64,000 nucleotides of DNA from the human T2T-CHM13v2.0 reference genome, Homo sapiens, in assembly GCF_009914755.1 (NCBI RefSeq), contig NC_060938.1. One strand, written 5' to 3'. The notes below the pieces were generated by a model that was not told the DNA's origin, ran no database searches, and saw only the letters and a program-made list of their open reading frames with translations. The position numbers and the translations under genes are program-made. This document shows positions 18,291 through 35,161 of this stretch, in pieces. Numbering within the stretch: position 1 is the stretch's first letter; each line of letters begins with the position of its first letter.

Positions 18291-19269
18291 AGCTAAATGC
18301 GGCTTACAGAGGGAAGATAACTTGAGATTGAGTATCTTGTTTCTAAACATAAATTGTTGATGTGTTGGCAAGTACAACTTCTATCTTTAATAAAAGTTGC
18401 CGTGGATTCTCTCAACGATGCACACTTAAATGCAGACTAAAAGTAAATATTGATCTTTTGGGATTTATCTTCATTTTTCCTGTCTTCCTTTCCTTGGCTT
18501 TTAAAGATCACTTCACTAGAAAGAAAGATAAAGGATATTAGTTGTTATCTCTGGAAGTGGGATCACAGGATTAAAGAATTTTGTTCTTTATATATTTTTG
18601 TATTTTTCAATGATACTATGGTTACCATGTATTATTTTTATAATCAGAAAACATATTAAAAGAAGACAGTACCCCAAATTACCTTAAGATTGCTATTTGA
18701 AGATATCTGACTTTCCAGTGCTACACACGCAGAGTCACTCTCTTTCTGCCACCTATCTAATTTAGATTGGTTCCTAAGAGACTAACAGATGTTGGTCACC
18801 AAGTGGCTTTGCAACCAAAACAGTTACCCCAGGCGAGCCATGGTGAAAGTGATGCCTATTTCTGACTTGCACAAAATATGTCTTCACCCATAATACACAC
18901 AATCTGTATGAAATATGGCCTGTCTTATGTTCAAATACATATACCTACTTAGACACAAATTTAAAAATTCCCATAAAAAATAAAAATAAATAAATAAATG
19001 AGGCCCAGCTAATATCTTCCTGGAACAAGACTCAAGTATTAAGGATTCAGAGAGCTTCACTCTTTCCCTGTTTTGCCTTGAGGGCACCTTTTGCAAGGGA
19101 TAATGAAGTGTTCTCACTGATTCTCTATTTGGTTTCCAGACTTTGATGTGCTTAAATAAAAATTTTGGTGTTGCCTTTGATCCAGTGAAGCCTAGAGGTG
19201 CCCTCCCCTTCAGGGAGGAAGTAAGTGTTAGTTCAGCCTTGTATGACCAACAGCTTGGGTCAACAGCAG

Positions 19270-19525
19270 AGAGCATGGCACAGATGCTAGAAGCGAAGGC
19301 TTTGTTCACAGATAAACCTGAGTCCAAAGCATGTCTCTGTCATTTACTAAATGTGTCATCTTATGTATGCTGTATCTCTTCTTTAAGGCCTCACTTTACT
19401 CATTGGTAAAAGTGTTAAAATAATAATAGCTACCTCATAGGGTCATCATGACTCTCGAAAGAAATAATGCAAATAAATTATGCAGTACAGTGCCTGGCAT
19501 AGATCATGTATTTACTACAAATTCA
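19270..19525 (+). mobile_element. MIR
   Basis: ataataatagctacctcataggg...acagtgcctggcatag. Confidence 0.7.
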
Positions 19526-20439
19526 CTGTTTATATATATAAGGAAGGAGGAAGGGGAAAATGTACAGATGTGTTCTACCATCTAGCAATAGAGAGGATGG
19601 CAAAGGAGGCCTAGTGTGCCTCTGGGTTAGTTTGCATGGAGTGTGGGGCTCGGAGGAGTGTGAGAAATGCATTTGGTGTGGAGCATGTGATTGGGTAAGA
19701 GAGGGCTTTAAAAGCTAGTTAGGGAAGTTAACTAGATATAAAAAGCTGTGGTATGTTTTTGAACACATTGTATTGCAAAATAGCAAAACGTAAGTGTAGG
19801 GTTTCCTTTCAGAGACTATGAAATTTCTTTTAAACATTACCGTGTACCAGGGACCATACCACGCCAGGGTAAGAATTATTCTACTCATTTTAAAGATGGT
19901 GATATTGTGGCCCAGTAAGATAAAAATTAGCCCCTGTTCACCTTTTAAATCCACCTCATCTATTAAATGGGGATTAAATCAGTGTGTGTGAGGGTAACAC
20001 CAGAGCCAGCCTGTGAAAAGCACCTTCCACAGAATTGATGTTCAACAAGCACTAATGCCCCTTAATTCTGTGTTAGCTTTAAAGACTGGGCCTCTGTCCT
20101 ATTCTCATGACCAAGCCCCAGGTTTGTCCAGTTCCACTCACCTCTTTGGTCCTGCCATGCTTGTGTCCCTGTGTGGATAACCTGCTCAGGATTTGATCAT
20201 TTTCAGCACTGAGCAGCTTTCTCTAAACCCCACTTCATGGTTGTGACTGTGCTCCTCCTTCTAAGCTTTGTGGACAGGAACTGCCGGCCTCTGCTGGCCT
20301 GCCTGTCTGCTTTCATCTCTAAATGCTGCCATGCTTCAGCCTTTTGCTAGGACCCACAGTCTGATGGTTCTTTGACATGATTTCCTGCCGGGAATATCAC
20401 CCATTGTCCAGTATGTACATGCATCTTTTCAAGTTGCTT

Positions 20440-20550
20440 TTCCAACAGTGGAGTTTGTTAAAAGTAGAGTTGCCTGGGCCCTATTCTAGACTAACTAATT
20501 TAGAAGTCCCCAAGATGTGGCCTGGAAATCTGTATTTTAAGAATGTTCCC
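20440..20550. mobile_element. MER5A-type hAT fossil, split by the L1 (continues at about 24631-24660)
   Basis: gtttgttaaaagtagagttgcctgggccc...cctggaaatctgtattttaa, resuming ccaggtggattctgatacagc after the L1. Confidence 0.65.
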
Positions 20551-24618
<4,068 letters not shown>

Positions 24619-27600
24619 AAGAATGTTCCCCCAGGTGGATTCTGATACAGCTGTTTGGCAGGCTGGCCTCTGTGAAATAATGATGCAAATGTTTAGATCA
24701 CATGGCCTCGATGGCCTATTGCAACTCAGTGAGTTCATTGTTGGCTCACCGTTGGGTTGGGTTCACAAATTAAATCCAGGTCAGTACACTGCTTTTCCTA
24801 GGAGTTTCTACAACTTCTTCAAGACAAACAGTGTTCAGTGTTCCCTCCACATCTCCTCTGGATGAACCCATCTTAGTGATGTCTATGTGATGTTACAAGT
24901 CCTGCAGGATAACTTGGAAGCTCATCTGCTACTGCAGCTAGCTTAGCATTTTCAACTTATTCTCATTCTAAGGTGCTTATGAGGCAGGACTCTTGCCGCA
25001 TCTAAAGCATGACTGTCAAGCAAGTGGCATCTGTTGCCTATTATCAGAAGCAGAAGTAGGAGCACTTCTGCCCACTGCATCTTGGTATTGGAGTCTCCAA
25101 GGAAAACCCAAAGCAGTGAAGTACTGGATGGAGCAATGCTTCACTCATAAAGAAAAGAGATGGAGTGAGGTCAGCTTCAGTGGTAGGTATTGGTCCTCCA
25201 TGGCCAGGGGGTCCCTCCTGGCAGCTGGCACAGGGTCATTGGCCTGCACACACCCCTCTTGTGCTATATTGGAAGAATGCCACTCCCTTTCCACAGGGAA
25301 CAGATATAATCATGGGGTTGGCCAGGTGCCAAATAACACACATGCTTATGCAGAACAAAGGAGCATACATTGAGTCTGAAACAGGGAAAGATATTCCCAC
25401 CCAAGGCGACAAGTCCAGCACAGGCCGTGAGGACTCTTTATCTCTTGGTAAGGAAGTATTTCAGGCCCAAGGCCCCATTCCTATCAGCTGAGAGGATGGC
25501 ATGCTACTGACTTTCCTAACAGTGACCTTGCTTGTAGGATCCTGTGACTGTCACTGCCACAACCTAGTTTCAGATTTCCTCTTAGAAATGAAGATCTGCC
25601 CACATTCAAAGCTGTCATTATCAAAGCCATTTCTCTGAACTCTTCTGAAGAATAATCTTGGAACATCTGATATGTAATGTCTTTTAAATTACTATGGAAA
25701 AAAGACAGTCCTGTTTAGATTGAATTTTCCAGATTCATTAGCTACTGGGCTAGGTCTTACTGATACCCACTTTTGTTGACATACTAGAACTTTGTAAAAA
25801 ATTGGTCTTCTAAACTGAAAACCTTGGAAACTTTTAAACATTGTCCTGAGTAGTTATTTTAGAATTTTGTATATTTGTATGTCTTTTTACGTTGCCTTTA
25901 TATTAATATATGCCAGAGGTGCTGGGTATTTTATTCCTTGTCAGCATCTGTATTTGTGTACTGTGGAGAGTTCCCATGGTAATAATAAAAAGATAATTTT
26001 ATTAAATACCAATTTATCCCTTGACAGTTTCAATGCTACTCAGAACAAGATAGGTTTTGTAAGTTCTGGTTTCACAGACTTGTAAGTTTCAACATTTTCT
26101 GTATTGTAGAAATCAGTATCCCTGAACGCATAATGATAATTAAAATGCCTTAGAAATCCAGTATAACCAAGAATATCCTGGCATGAAGTATTAGGTCATC
26201 AATTTGTGAGGAACATTGAGAGGAATTGAGATGGAATTAGGTATAATCACTCAAACAACAGTAGGACAGGAGGACTTGGAGAGAGAGTTTGTCATTGTAT
26301 CTGTGACTGGGGATATTTTGGTTTGCTTGCCATGTCAGTGCCTTATTCATCAGGGTAAATATTTTGCCCCATCTAATTATTCTTGGGCTGCTATATCCTT
26401 GCTCCCCAGATGTAAATCCCAGGCCGTATCTGGAAAAGACTGAAGTAACAACAAAGTCTGCTTTAGTTGCAGGCATGCTGAATGTTGGCCACAATAGACA
26501 GCCTCGTTGAATGAACATTTAGGACATAGTGAGACAATGGGACACATGAAAAGATTTATCTGGCCAACCACTTATTCCCTTGCCAGTGAATCTCCAGTAA
26601 AAAATGTGTCTTGTGTGACTCTAAAGTAACATGCAGTCTTTTCATGAGTTTATAGACACTTTTAAATAGAACAATGAGAGAAGAGGGTATTTTACCTTGT
26701 TTCAAGATGGGAAGATCTGGGGTTAAGGGTGGTCAGAACATACTTTTGAAGTAGGTTTACCAAAGAGGACTTCCATTCAATTCAGAAAGGAACTGAGTAT
26801 GTGCAGGAAGAGAAGCAGAGTTTGAGAGAGGCTTCGGAATTGAGAGAACTGGAGGTATGCCTTCCATGGGAACTTCAGAAAGATAGCTCACATTTTTATT
26901 AGGGAGTATTCAGACCTAAGTTCCAAAAACAATTAATATGTTCTCCCTGCTTTTTAATTTGTCAAAGAGACTCTAAAATTTAATTCCTTAATTATTAGGT
27001 CTCAAAAACGTTTATTCCTATAGACCATAATAGTTGCCAATTAAAGTGGAATTAATTTTCAAATATTAAAATGCATTTGAAACTATTCATATTAATTCTG
27101 AAGCAACAAAAGTAAAACAGGACAAGTCATTGAAGAAAAAAATGTACGATACCTCTTACTGCATGCTAAATAAAGCAAATTTAAAATTTGACATTAACTA
27201 GACTTTTATTCTAGATAGAGGGACCACATCTGTTCTCTCCTAACACCCCATGAAAATCCATCTCAAAATGTACAAGTATATATTTTTTAATTGCAGCAGC
27301 TCTGATAAGCAGGATAAGCTCTGATAAGCAGGAAAGACTACGTGCTGGACTTGAGAATTTCCAAATCCTGCCACATCAGTGGTGTTGGATTGAGAAGCAC
27401 AGTCATGGATTCCATTTGTTCCACCCTGTGGTGTGGAAAAGTACACATCATCTGGCAGAGGATATGAAAAAGCTCTCTGTTACCAACACAGCCTGTTGCT
27501 AGCTCTCAGATTCCAACCAGAAAGTCAGGCAGCCACATTCCTTTCTGCATGAGGATAACATTTTATAGTCAGCCAGATCAGAGTTCTTCTCCTCTTTTTT

Positions 27601-27929
27601 GCCTTCTCTTTTCATTCTTGATTAGAGACTACATTAGAGACTACTCCTAATTAGAAACTTGTATGTTTTAGTAGAAACCATGCCAGATGTGTGATGCAGT
27701 TCAGTGGAATGTTAGAGAGCAACTGATGGTGGCACTTTGAATTGGGATTGTAAGCGTGACAGATGGGGGCTGAGGCAAGAAGAGCCTAGAAGCATGAGTC
27801 AGTGAGTATGCATGAATGTGGGAGGGTTTGTTGGGGGCATCACATCTTGTCTTTGTCAAAGAGGTAATTGAAGACTATGCCTAAGTTTTTAACAAGGTCA
27901 AGAGATTCTGGCAGTGAGGGAAGGAGGTT

Positions 27930-28130
27930 TATTTATTTATCTAGAAAATATTAATTGAGCATCTACTGTGTGGCAGATGCTGTTTTGGTGATAAAGAAAT
28001 ATGAGTAGAGAAGAGAGACCAGGGCCTGGTTCTAGTGGGGAAGGGGAGGGACAAAAATAAGTAAACCATTGAAAAATAGAATCTTTGATCATCATCAGTA
28101 CGATGAAGAAAATAAGATGGGGTTGTGCGG
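27930..28130 (-). mobile_element. L2 3' end
   Basis: atttatttatctagaaaatattaattgagcatctactgtgtggcagatgctgt. Confidence 0.6.
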
Positions 28131-28329
28131 CAGAGTGATGAGGGCTCTTCAGACCACTCCATTGTAGCTACAACATAGACTGAGCCCAAGTCTGAAGAAC
28201 TTGTTCAGAAGAAACCAGAAGAAACAAAGTTTCTGTCATTCCTTTTCTTGTTTGATTCTCACCATACCCTATTATGCAGGTACTATTACTATCTTGTTCT
28301 ACAGTTGGAAAAAAGCTAAGATAATAAAT

Positions 28330-28830
28330 GGGCAAAGATGAATTCTTAAGAGAAATAATACAAATAATTAATAAATACCAGAAACATGTTAAAATTCATG
28401 AGTAATAAATGCACTAATAATTAAAGGAATGAAATTTAAAATTATAATTAGATATAATTTTAAATTGTTCAAATTTGCAAAGATAAAAAATAAGACCAAA
28501 TTATTGCAAGTGATGGTGGTGTAAAATGTAGCCCCCTCATTTGCTTCTGAGGAGAAGGTTAATTGGTATAACTTTTCAGTAAACAGTCTTACCTGTAGGA
28601 ATAAATACCAAGGAAATAACCAGAAAAGCAAATAAAGATTCATATGGCAGATATTAACTGCAGTACTATGTATAAAATCCCCAACTGGAAACTACCTACA
28701 TGTTTGACAGCAGGGAAATACTTTCATAGGTACAACCATTACATAGTCATTAAAGATGATGTTCATGAAGATTTATTAACAGCATGGGGAAATGATTATT
28801 AAAATATATATTTTTAAGTAGGATAGAAGT
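28330..28830 (+). mobile_element. Old L1M (L1ME-type) fragment
   Basis: Degenerate L1 3' ORF2 motifs (aattaaaggaatgaaatttaaaa, aattggtataactttt, actggaaactacctacatg). Confidence 0.55.
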
Positions 28831-28836
28831 TGTATA

Positions 28837-29295
28837 TGTGGCACGGTGAAGTTTGGTAACAGAACCACCTGAGGTCTAAGTGGACACATGACTGTTCAAT
28901 TAGAAATTACATTTCACAGTTTCTCTTAGCAAGGTGTGGCCACACAATCAAGTTCTGGCCAATGGCATGTGAGCAGAAATAACGTCCAAAATTCTAGATC
29001 ATGTTCCCAAAAGGAAGCTGCTTACCTTCCACATCCTTTTTCCCTTTTCCCATAGGCTGATGGATAAATGTGGCAGTGGGGTAAGCTGGTTTAGACCATG
29101 ACAAGAACAACACTGTAAGAAATGACAAAACAAGATAGAAGGAGCTTTGATCCCTGGGTGATCTTGTGGAGTACAGTGTGTACCTGCTGAACCTATCGAT
29201 TGAACTTTAATGAGAGAAATAACCTTTTATCTAGTTTTCAGCTATTGTGATTTGGTCTCTGTTTAAACAGCTGAAATAATATCCTAATGAATACA
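28837..29295 (+). mobile_element. LTR33-like solo LTR (ERVL)
   Basis: tgtggc start, tacatttcacag...ggtgtggccacacaatcaagttctggccaatgg, ends cctaatgaataca. Confidence 0.7.
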
Positions 29296-31511
29296 GATAG
29301 CACCTCTGCAAATTATATACAACATTTTCCTTCTTTATTATTATGATTATTTAATACTTAAAGACACTAACGGTCTTAGTGATAAAGCTAAGGGGCAAGT
29401 TCTGATAGATTTGTTAATGAAAGCAGAATGCTTGACATTATGCCTCTGCCATTCGGGCAATCATATTTGCATATGTTTCAGAAAAGCACTTATATATAAC
29501 TCTAATAATAACAGAGCCAGGTACAAATATAAAAAGGTGAAAGCTTTGATTAGTTTCTATAAGGTTTTAACTTGATCTCAGACCTGAGGAATATTAATGG
29601 CTATTTTTGTTTTCTGCTCTTGCCCATTGCTCCCATAATAAGCAATTGTATGCTCATTGATTTATTTGACTTTGTCAGAGATTTATCTCCATAGACTGAT
29701 AAATTTTCCCAATTTGGGAGAAAGGGGAGCTTCCTGTACCATGAGTGACTAATAGGCAAGAAAGAGGGACAGAGAGGAGAGAGAAACATACCTTTCTCTT
29801 GGACAACTTTACTTCCTTCTCTTTATCAGCATTATTTACTAGAACCAAGATAAACAGTCAGCCCAGGTGAACTTCTGGGAGCCTAATGGACTGCATGGCA
29901 ATGCCTCATTGTTCTAGCAAAGGAAAGCTATGGTAGAACCAGCACAGGAATTGGAGGGAATGGGGGCACAGATTGGAGGGAATGGGGGCACAGAAACATA
30001 AATGGAGACTGAATGATGGGGTGGGGGGAGACGAAAGGAATGATGAATAAGAGAAGGTCAAGTCTAAATCTAAGCTTGGGAATTTTGATCCAATGTCAGG
30101 TAGGCTTTGGAATCCAGAGGCTTTTAAGTTTTAGAGAAACAAGGATGGGACAATTAGGTGGAGTAGTGTCCTTCAAGAAAATCTTTCCTTTCTAAACATG
30201 AGGTGAAAGAAGAGCAAGGACAAAAACCCAGTCTTCAGAGAAATCAGCTGACTGAACCGAGACCAAATAGCAGCCTCCAGTCCATGATTCAAGGAGAGGG
30301 CAAGACTATATTGGCTGGCACTGATGCCTTGTTGGGTTGAAGGAGAGACCCAGGTATTCAAGGGCACTACACAGAAGGAGACAAGAAGATGAAAGGAACT
30401 CTTAAATTTATTGAGCATCTAATATTCTATTTAATTCTTGCAGCAATCCTGGGAGCACCCTTAACACAAATGTTTAATGTTTTGGTCAAGATCAGGAATT
30501 TAACAGACGGAGGATTTAGATTTGTCTGTCTCTAAAATCCATGTTCTTTTTTAAATGCCATTTTGAGAATTCTCAGAGATTGTTGCCCAATACTCTTCCA
30601 TAAATTGAGGAATAAAGAAGACTAAGATATTCCCCAAACTTGATGACTTGCCCCATGAGAACTATCGATTTAAGTCCCACAAGCCTCTGTGTTAGTTCAC
30701 AGAGGGAAGAGGAAGCCTATGGGTAGATAGGGAGATGCCCAGGGGAGAATGAAGGATGGTTCTGCTCCATTGTCCAGAATCTCAGTTTGCTTTGTTCCAG
30801 ATTAACTCCAGGTGGCCTGATACTGTGTACTGATGACCACAGCAACCTTCCAAAGGATCCACAGGAGCCTAATAGCCTTCAAAGGAAGCATCACAATATA
30901 GCATGAGAATATGCCCAATGTTGAAACTGATCAGGAAAAAGCAAGTGAAATTAATCATTATATACTTAAAAAAAAATGAAACTAAGTAAATATCCATTCA
31001 CAAAGGAGGAGTTAAACAAATCACAGGGCATTTTTCCCTTTACAAAGCCAATTAAAAAGGTGGTTGAATTAATTATACTTCCATGGATGGATATCCAGGA
31101 TGTATTGAGTGCAAAAAGCAAGTTAATAAGAACAACAAAAATGATATACCTATGTGCTCATATACCTCTGTGTGACACAGAGAAAGGCCAGGAAGAACAT
31201 GTATCCTTTAATGGTTATTTTGGGGGAAGAGAAGGTGGAATGGGGAAGGAGTAGAGCAGTGACTTTTGCTCTTCATGCATTTCTGCATGGTTTGAATTTT
31301 GGGAAGAAAACTGAGCATTTATTACTGTTATAATATAAAATAAACCCAACACAAAAGTGAATAGTCAGTAGAATACAACTATCTTTCTGAGCCAGAGGCA
31401 GAGAATGATGACTTAAGGTCATGGATGATTCTGTATCAGCATCTAATTCAGAAATACAGACGCATGCTGAAATCTGCTCCAGTTAGGAGATCCAAAAAAA
31501 TCTGCTCCAGG

Positions 31512-32370
31512 AGAAAAAACAAACAACCCCATCAAAAAGTGGGTGATGCATATGAACAGGCACTTCTCAAAAGAAGACATTTATGCAGCCAACAAACATG
31601 AAAAAAGGCTCATCATCACCGGTCATTAGAGAAATGCAAATCAAAACCACGATGAGACACCATCTCACACCAGTTAGAATGGCGATCATTAAAAAGTCAG
31701 GAAACAACAGATGCTAGAGAGGATGTGGAGAAATAGGAACACTATTACACTGTTGGTGGGAGTGAAAATTAGTTCAAGCATTGTGGAAGACAGTGTGGTG
31801 ATTCCTCAAGGATCTAGAACCAGAAATACTATTTGACCCAGCAATCCCATTACTGGGTATATACCCAAAGGATTATAAATCATTCTACTATAAAGAAACA
31901 TGCACATGTATGTTTGTTGCAGCACTATTCACAATAGCGAAGACTTGGAACCAACCCAAATGCCCATCAATGATAGACTGGATAAAGAAAATGTGGTACA
32001 TATATACCATGGAATATTATGCAGTCATAAAGAAGAATGAGTTAGTGTCCTTTGCAGGGACATGGATGAAGCTGGAAACCATCATTCTCAGCAAACTAAT
32101 ACAGGAACAGAAAACCAAACACTGCATGTTCTCACTCATAAGTGGGAGGTGAAAAATGAGAACACATGGACACAGGGAGGGGAACATTACACACTGGGGC
32201 CTGTCAGGGGGTGGGGGGCAAGGGGAGGGATAGCATTAGGAGAAATACCTAATGTAGATGATGGGTTGATGGGTGCAGCAAACCACCATGGCACGTGTAT
32301 ACCTATGTAACAAACCTGCATGTTCTGAACATGTATCCTAGAACTTAAAGTATCATTTAAAAAAAAAAAA
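31512..32370 (+). mobile_element. 5'-truncated L1PA7-like element carrying a 3' transduction
   Basis: ORF2 C-terminus (AKTWNQPKCPSMIDWIKKMW), L1PA7 3'UTR, A12; the matching TSD copy lies about 600 bp further downstream. Confidence 0.93.
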
Positions 32371-32801
32371 GAGACATAAATGAATGTATGTAAGATATAC
32401 ATTGGTTCATCCCATAAAGGCATGACATCTCAAAGTAGTGATGTGGGGGGCTTCCACCTTATAGATGGATTTAAAGATTTCCTGAATTATAATTGGTTGA
32501 AAGGGTTAAACTCCACCTGAAGGAGTGAAGTTAGCAGAAAGAAATGTTTATTGTTAAGATAAGGGGGCTTGTGGAAGCCAGGGGTCTTGTTGTGTAGATG
32601 AAGCCTCCAGGTAGCAGGCATTAGATAGAATAAATGATAAATGTCTCTTATCAGACTCTAAAAGGTGCTCCAGACTCTTAATTAAATCTCTCCTGGACGA
32701 GGAAAAGACCAGGAAAACGAATCTGATTTTTCTACAGAATGTAGATTTTCCCTACAAGAGACAGCTTTGTGAGGCCATATCAAAATATGTCATAAAATAT
32801 A
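32371..32801 (-). mobile_element. MER4D/E-type LTR, upstream segment, inverted
   Basis: Reverse complement reads gacatattttga...aagctgtctcttgtagggaaaatctacattctgtaga...ctgctacctggaggcttcatctaca...accaatgtatatcttacat...tatgtctc. Confidence 0.8.
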
Positions 32802-32947
32802 TCTCTGCCTGTAACTTCTGTCCCCCTAAAATGTTTAAAAAAAAATGTAACCCAACTACCTTGGGCACATGTTCTCAGGGTCTCCTGGGGCTATATCATG
32901 GGTCATGGATCTTACATTTATCTCAGAATAAATCTCTTCAAATATTT
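32802..32947 (+). mobile_element. MER4D/E-type LTR, downstream segment, sense, ending at the LTR polyA site
   Basis: tctctgcctgtaacttctgtccccctaaaatg...accttgggcacatgttctcagg...aataaa (32927-32932) then polyA from 32948. Confidence 0.82.
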
Positions 32948-32978
<31 letters not shown>

Positions 32979-33820
32979 AAAACCTGCTCCAGGCAGAACT
33001 GCAGCCAGTAGAACAGGAATCCATTTTTTTCTGCATTCCAGTGTACTTCAGCCAGTGTTCTTAGTGGCATTATCTATTACTCAGCAATTCCTTTAACTCT
33101 GAACCTCAGGTTGACCTCTTGTTTTTCCCCTGAAACAATTTTTAAATGCTTTTTTGTTCCCATCAATTTACATTTTAATGTTTACTGGGTTCATGACACT
33201 GTTAGATTCTTTGTAATAGGTGCTAAAATGTATGTAAAATTTCTTCAATTTTTTTCAAAGATAAATACAAGGCAATGCCTCTTAGAAGGTTATAATCAAA
33301 CCAGATGTCATTGGCATGTAGTATATGCATGTAATGAAATTCAGAAAATACTGTAAAAACATTAATTTTCCCCCAATTTTATATATAGTTGATTTTCTTT
33401 CATTTATTTTTGAAGAAAAATAAGGGTTAGGAGGAAGATATGGAAGAGATCAGAGAGGTAAACAGAAGAGAGAAAAGTAAGCAGGAGGATTATGAAAAAT
33501 GGTAAGAGATTGAGAGATGAGATAGCATCAGTGAAATTTTGTCTGGACCTACACACCCTTTCAAGCTCATGAGTGGTGCCACAATGCAACTGGCATCCTG
33601 TGAAAGCAAGCCTTGAACTCTACTGCATAACTCTCTGTATGGGTCCTGAACCACTTTATCTAACCTCTTTCCTGTTCTGCAACTTGGTTTGCTTCAATCC
33701 CTCATGCTTCTGATCACTAGATTTACTTTCCTATTTTTAGCCTAACCTCATATCTTGGAATTGACATGTGGTGTTTATGACATCTACTCTCATCCTTAAC
33801 TAGGGTTCAGAGTTCTCCTG

Positions 33821-34337
33821 TGTGGTAGGCAGAATAATCACCCTCCCCTTCAAGATGTCCATGTTCTCATCCCTGGAACCTGTGAATATGTTGCTTACAT
33901 TCAAAGAGGAATTAAGGTTGCAGATGGAATTAAGGTTGTCAATTAGCTGACCTTACAATGGGGAGATTATGCTTGATTATCTTGATGGTCCCGGTATAGT
34001 CACAGGGATCCTTACCAGTGGAATAGTGAGGCACAGGAGGAGCTCAGAGGGATGCGATGTGAGAGGGACTTGCCTTGCCTTTGTGACTTTGTAGATGGAG
34101 GAAGAAGGTCACAAGCCAACAAGTGTAGACAGCCTCTAGAACTTGGAAGGCAAGGAAATGTCCTACCTAGACCCCACAGAAAGGAATGCATGCGGCCTTG
34201 CCGGTGCCTTGATTTTAGCCTAGTGAGACATATACCAGATTTTTAACTAAAAGAGGACTATAAAATAATAAATCTGTATGGTTTTTAGCCACCAAATTTG
34301 TGGCAATTTGCTATAGCAGCAATAGGAAACTAATACA
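33821..34337 (+). mobile_element. MLT1D solo LTR (MaLR)
   Basis: tgtggtaggcagaataat...ggaacctgtgaatatgtt...gcagcaataggaaactaataca; 5-bp flanks tcctg/ccctg. Confidence 0.88.
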
Positions 34338-34974
34338 CCCTGACTACTTTAAAGCTGTTCTCCTGGTCTGTCCTAAAGCCCTTTCCACCCTTTAACTTCA
34401 TGGAGTCTTCTATGGGCACTAAAAAGGAGGTTCTGAATGTGGCCAGGAAATGGACTGCCTTGTTCAGAGACAAGTTGACCTACTCATGTGTTTCTCCTTC
34501 CATCCCAACTATACTTTCACTCTTTCAGCAAAGAGCTTCTTCTCAGCACTGTCCCAAGATTTGGAAACAGAGTGAATGGGGATACATGATAACGGGCATG
34601 TATTTGAGATATGATTGGTTTTAGGGCAGTTTCAGAACTGGATGACTGATCCCATATAAGTTCAATGGAAACAGCTTAGCAAAAGCTCATGATTATTTAT
34701 GGCCAGTGGAAGTTAGATTGCTGTTCTGTGCTGACAGTCAAGTAGAACTATGCTAGGTTTGGGCTAATAGATACCTGTGTAAATGACATTGGGGATTCAC
34801 TGTCCACGCTCTAAATGTGAATGAAGTCATAAGCAATGGGATTGGGGAGTGGGAGAAGGCATGCTCCTCTGGGGGCGTGGTCACACATGATCTTCAGGTG
34901 GGCGTGAGGAAAGCCCTCCCAGATTCTGATAGAGAAACAAACATTGACTGTATAAGATACCAGTCCTGGTAGAT

Positions 34975-35161
34975 TAGTCATTCACAAACTTCTGAATACA
35001 TGAAAGTCACCTGGAGACTTTGTTAAAAGATGTAGATTTCTAGCTCTGTTCCTACTAATTCAGATTTAGTAAGCCTAGGATGTATTTTTGACATGTATCC
35101 AAGTGATTCTTATGCAGACAGTCAGTGCAGCTCACAATGAGCACGGCATTGAAGAACACTG
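34975..35161. mobile_element. MER5-type hAT fossil
   Basis: gtcacctggagactttgttaaaa...aagtgattcttatgca...gaagaacactg. Confidence 0.6.
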
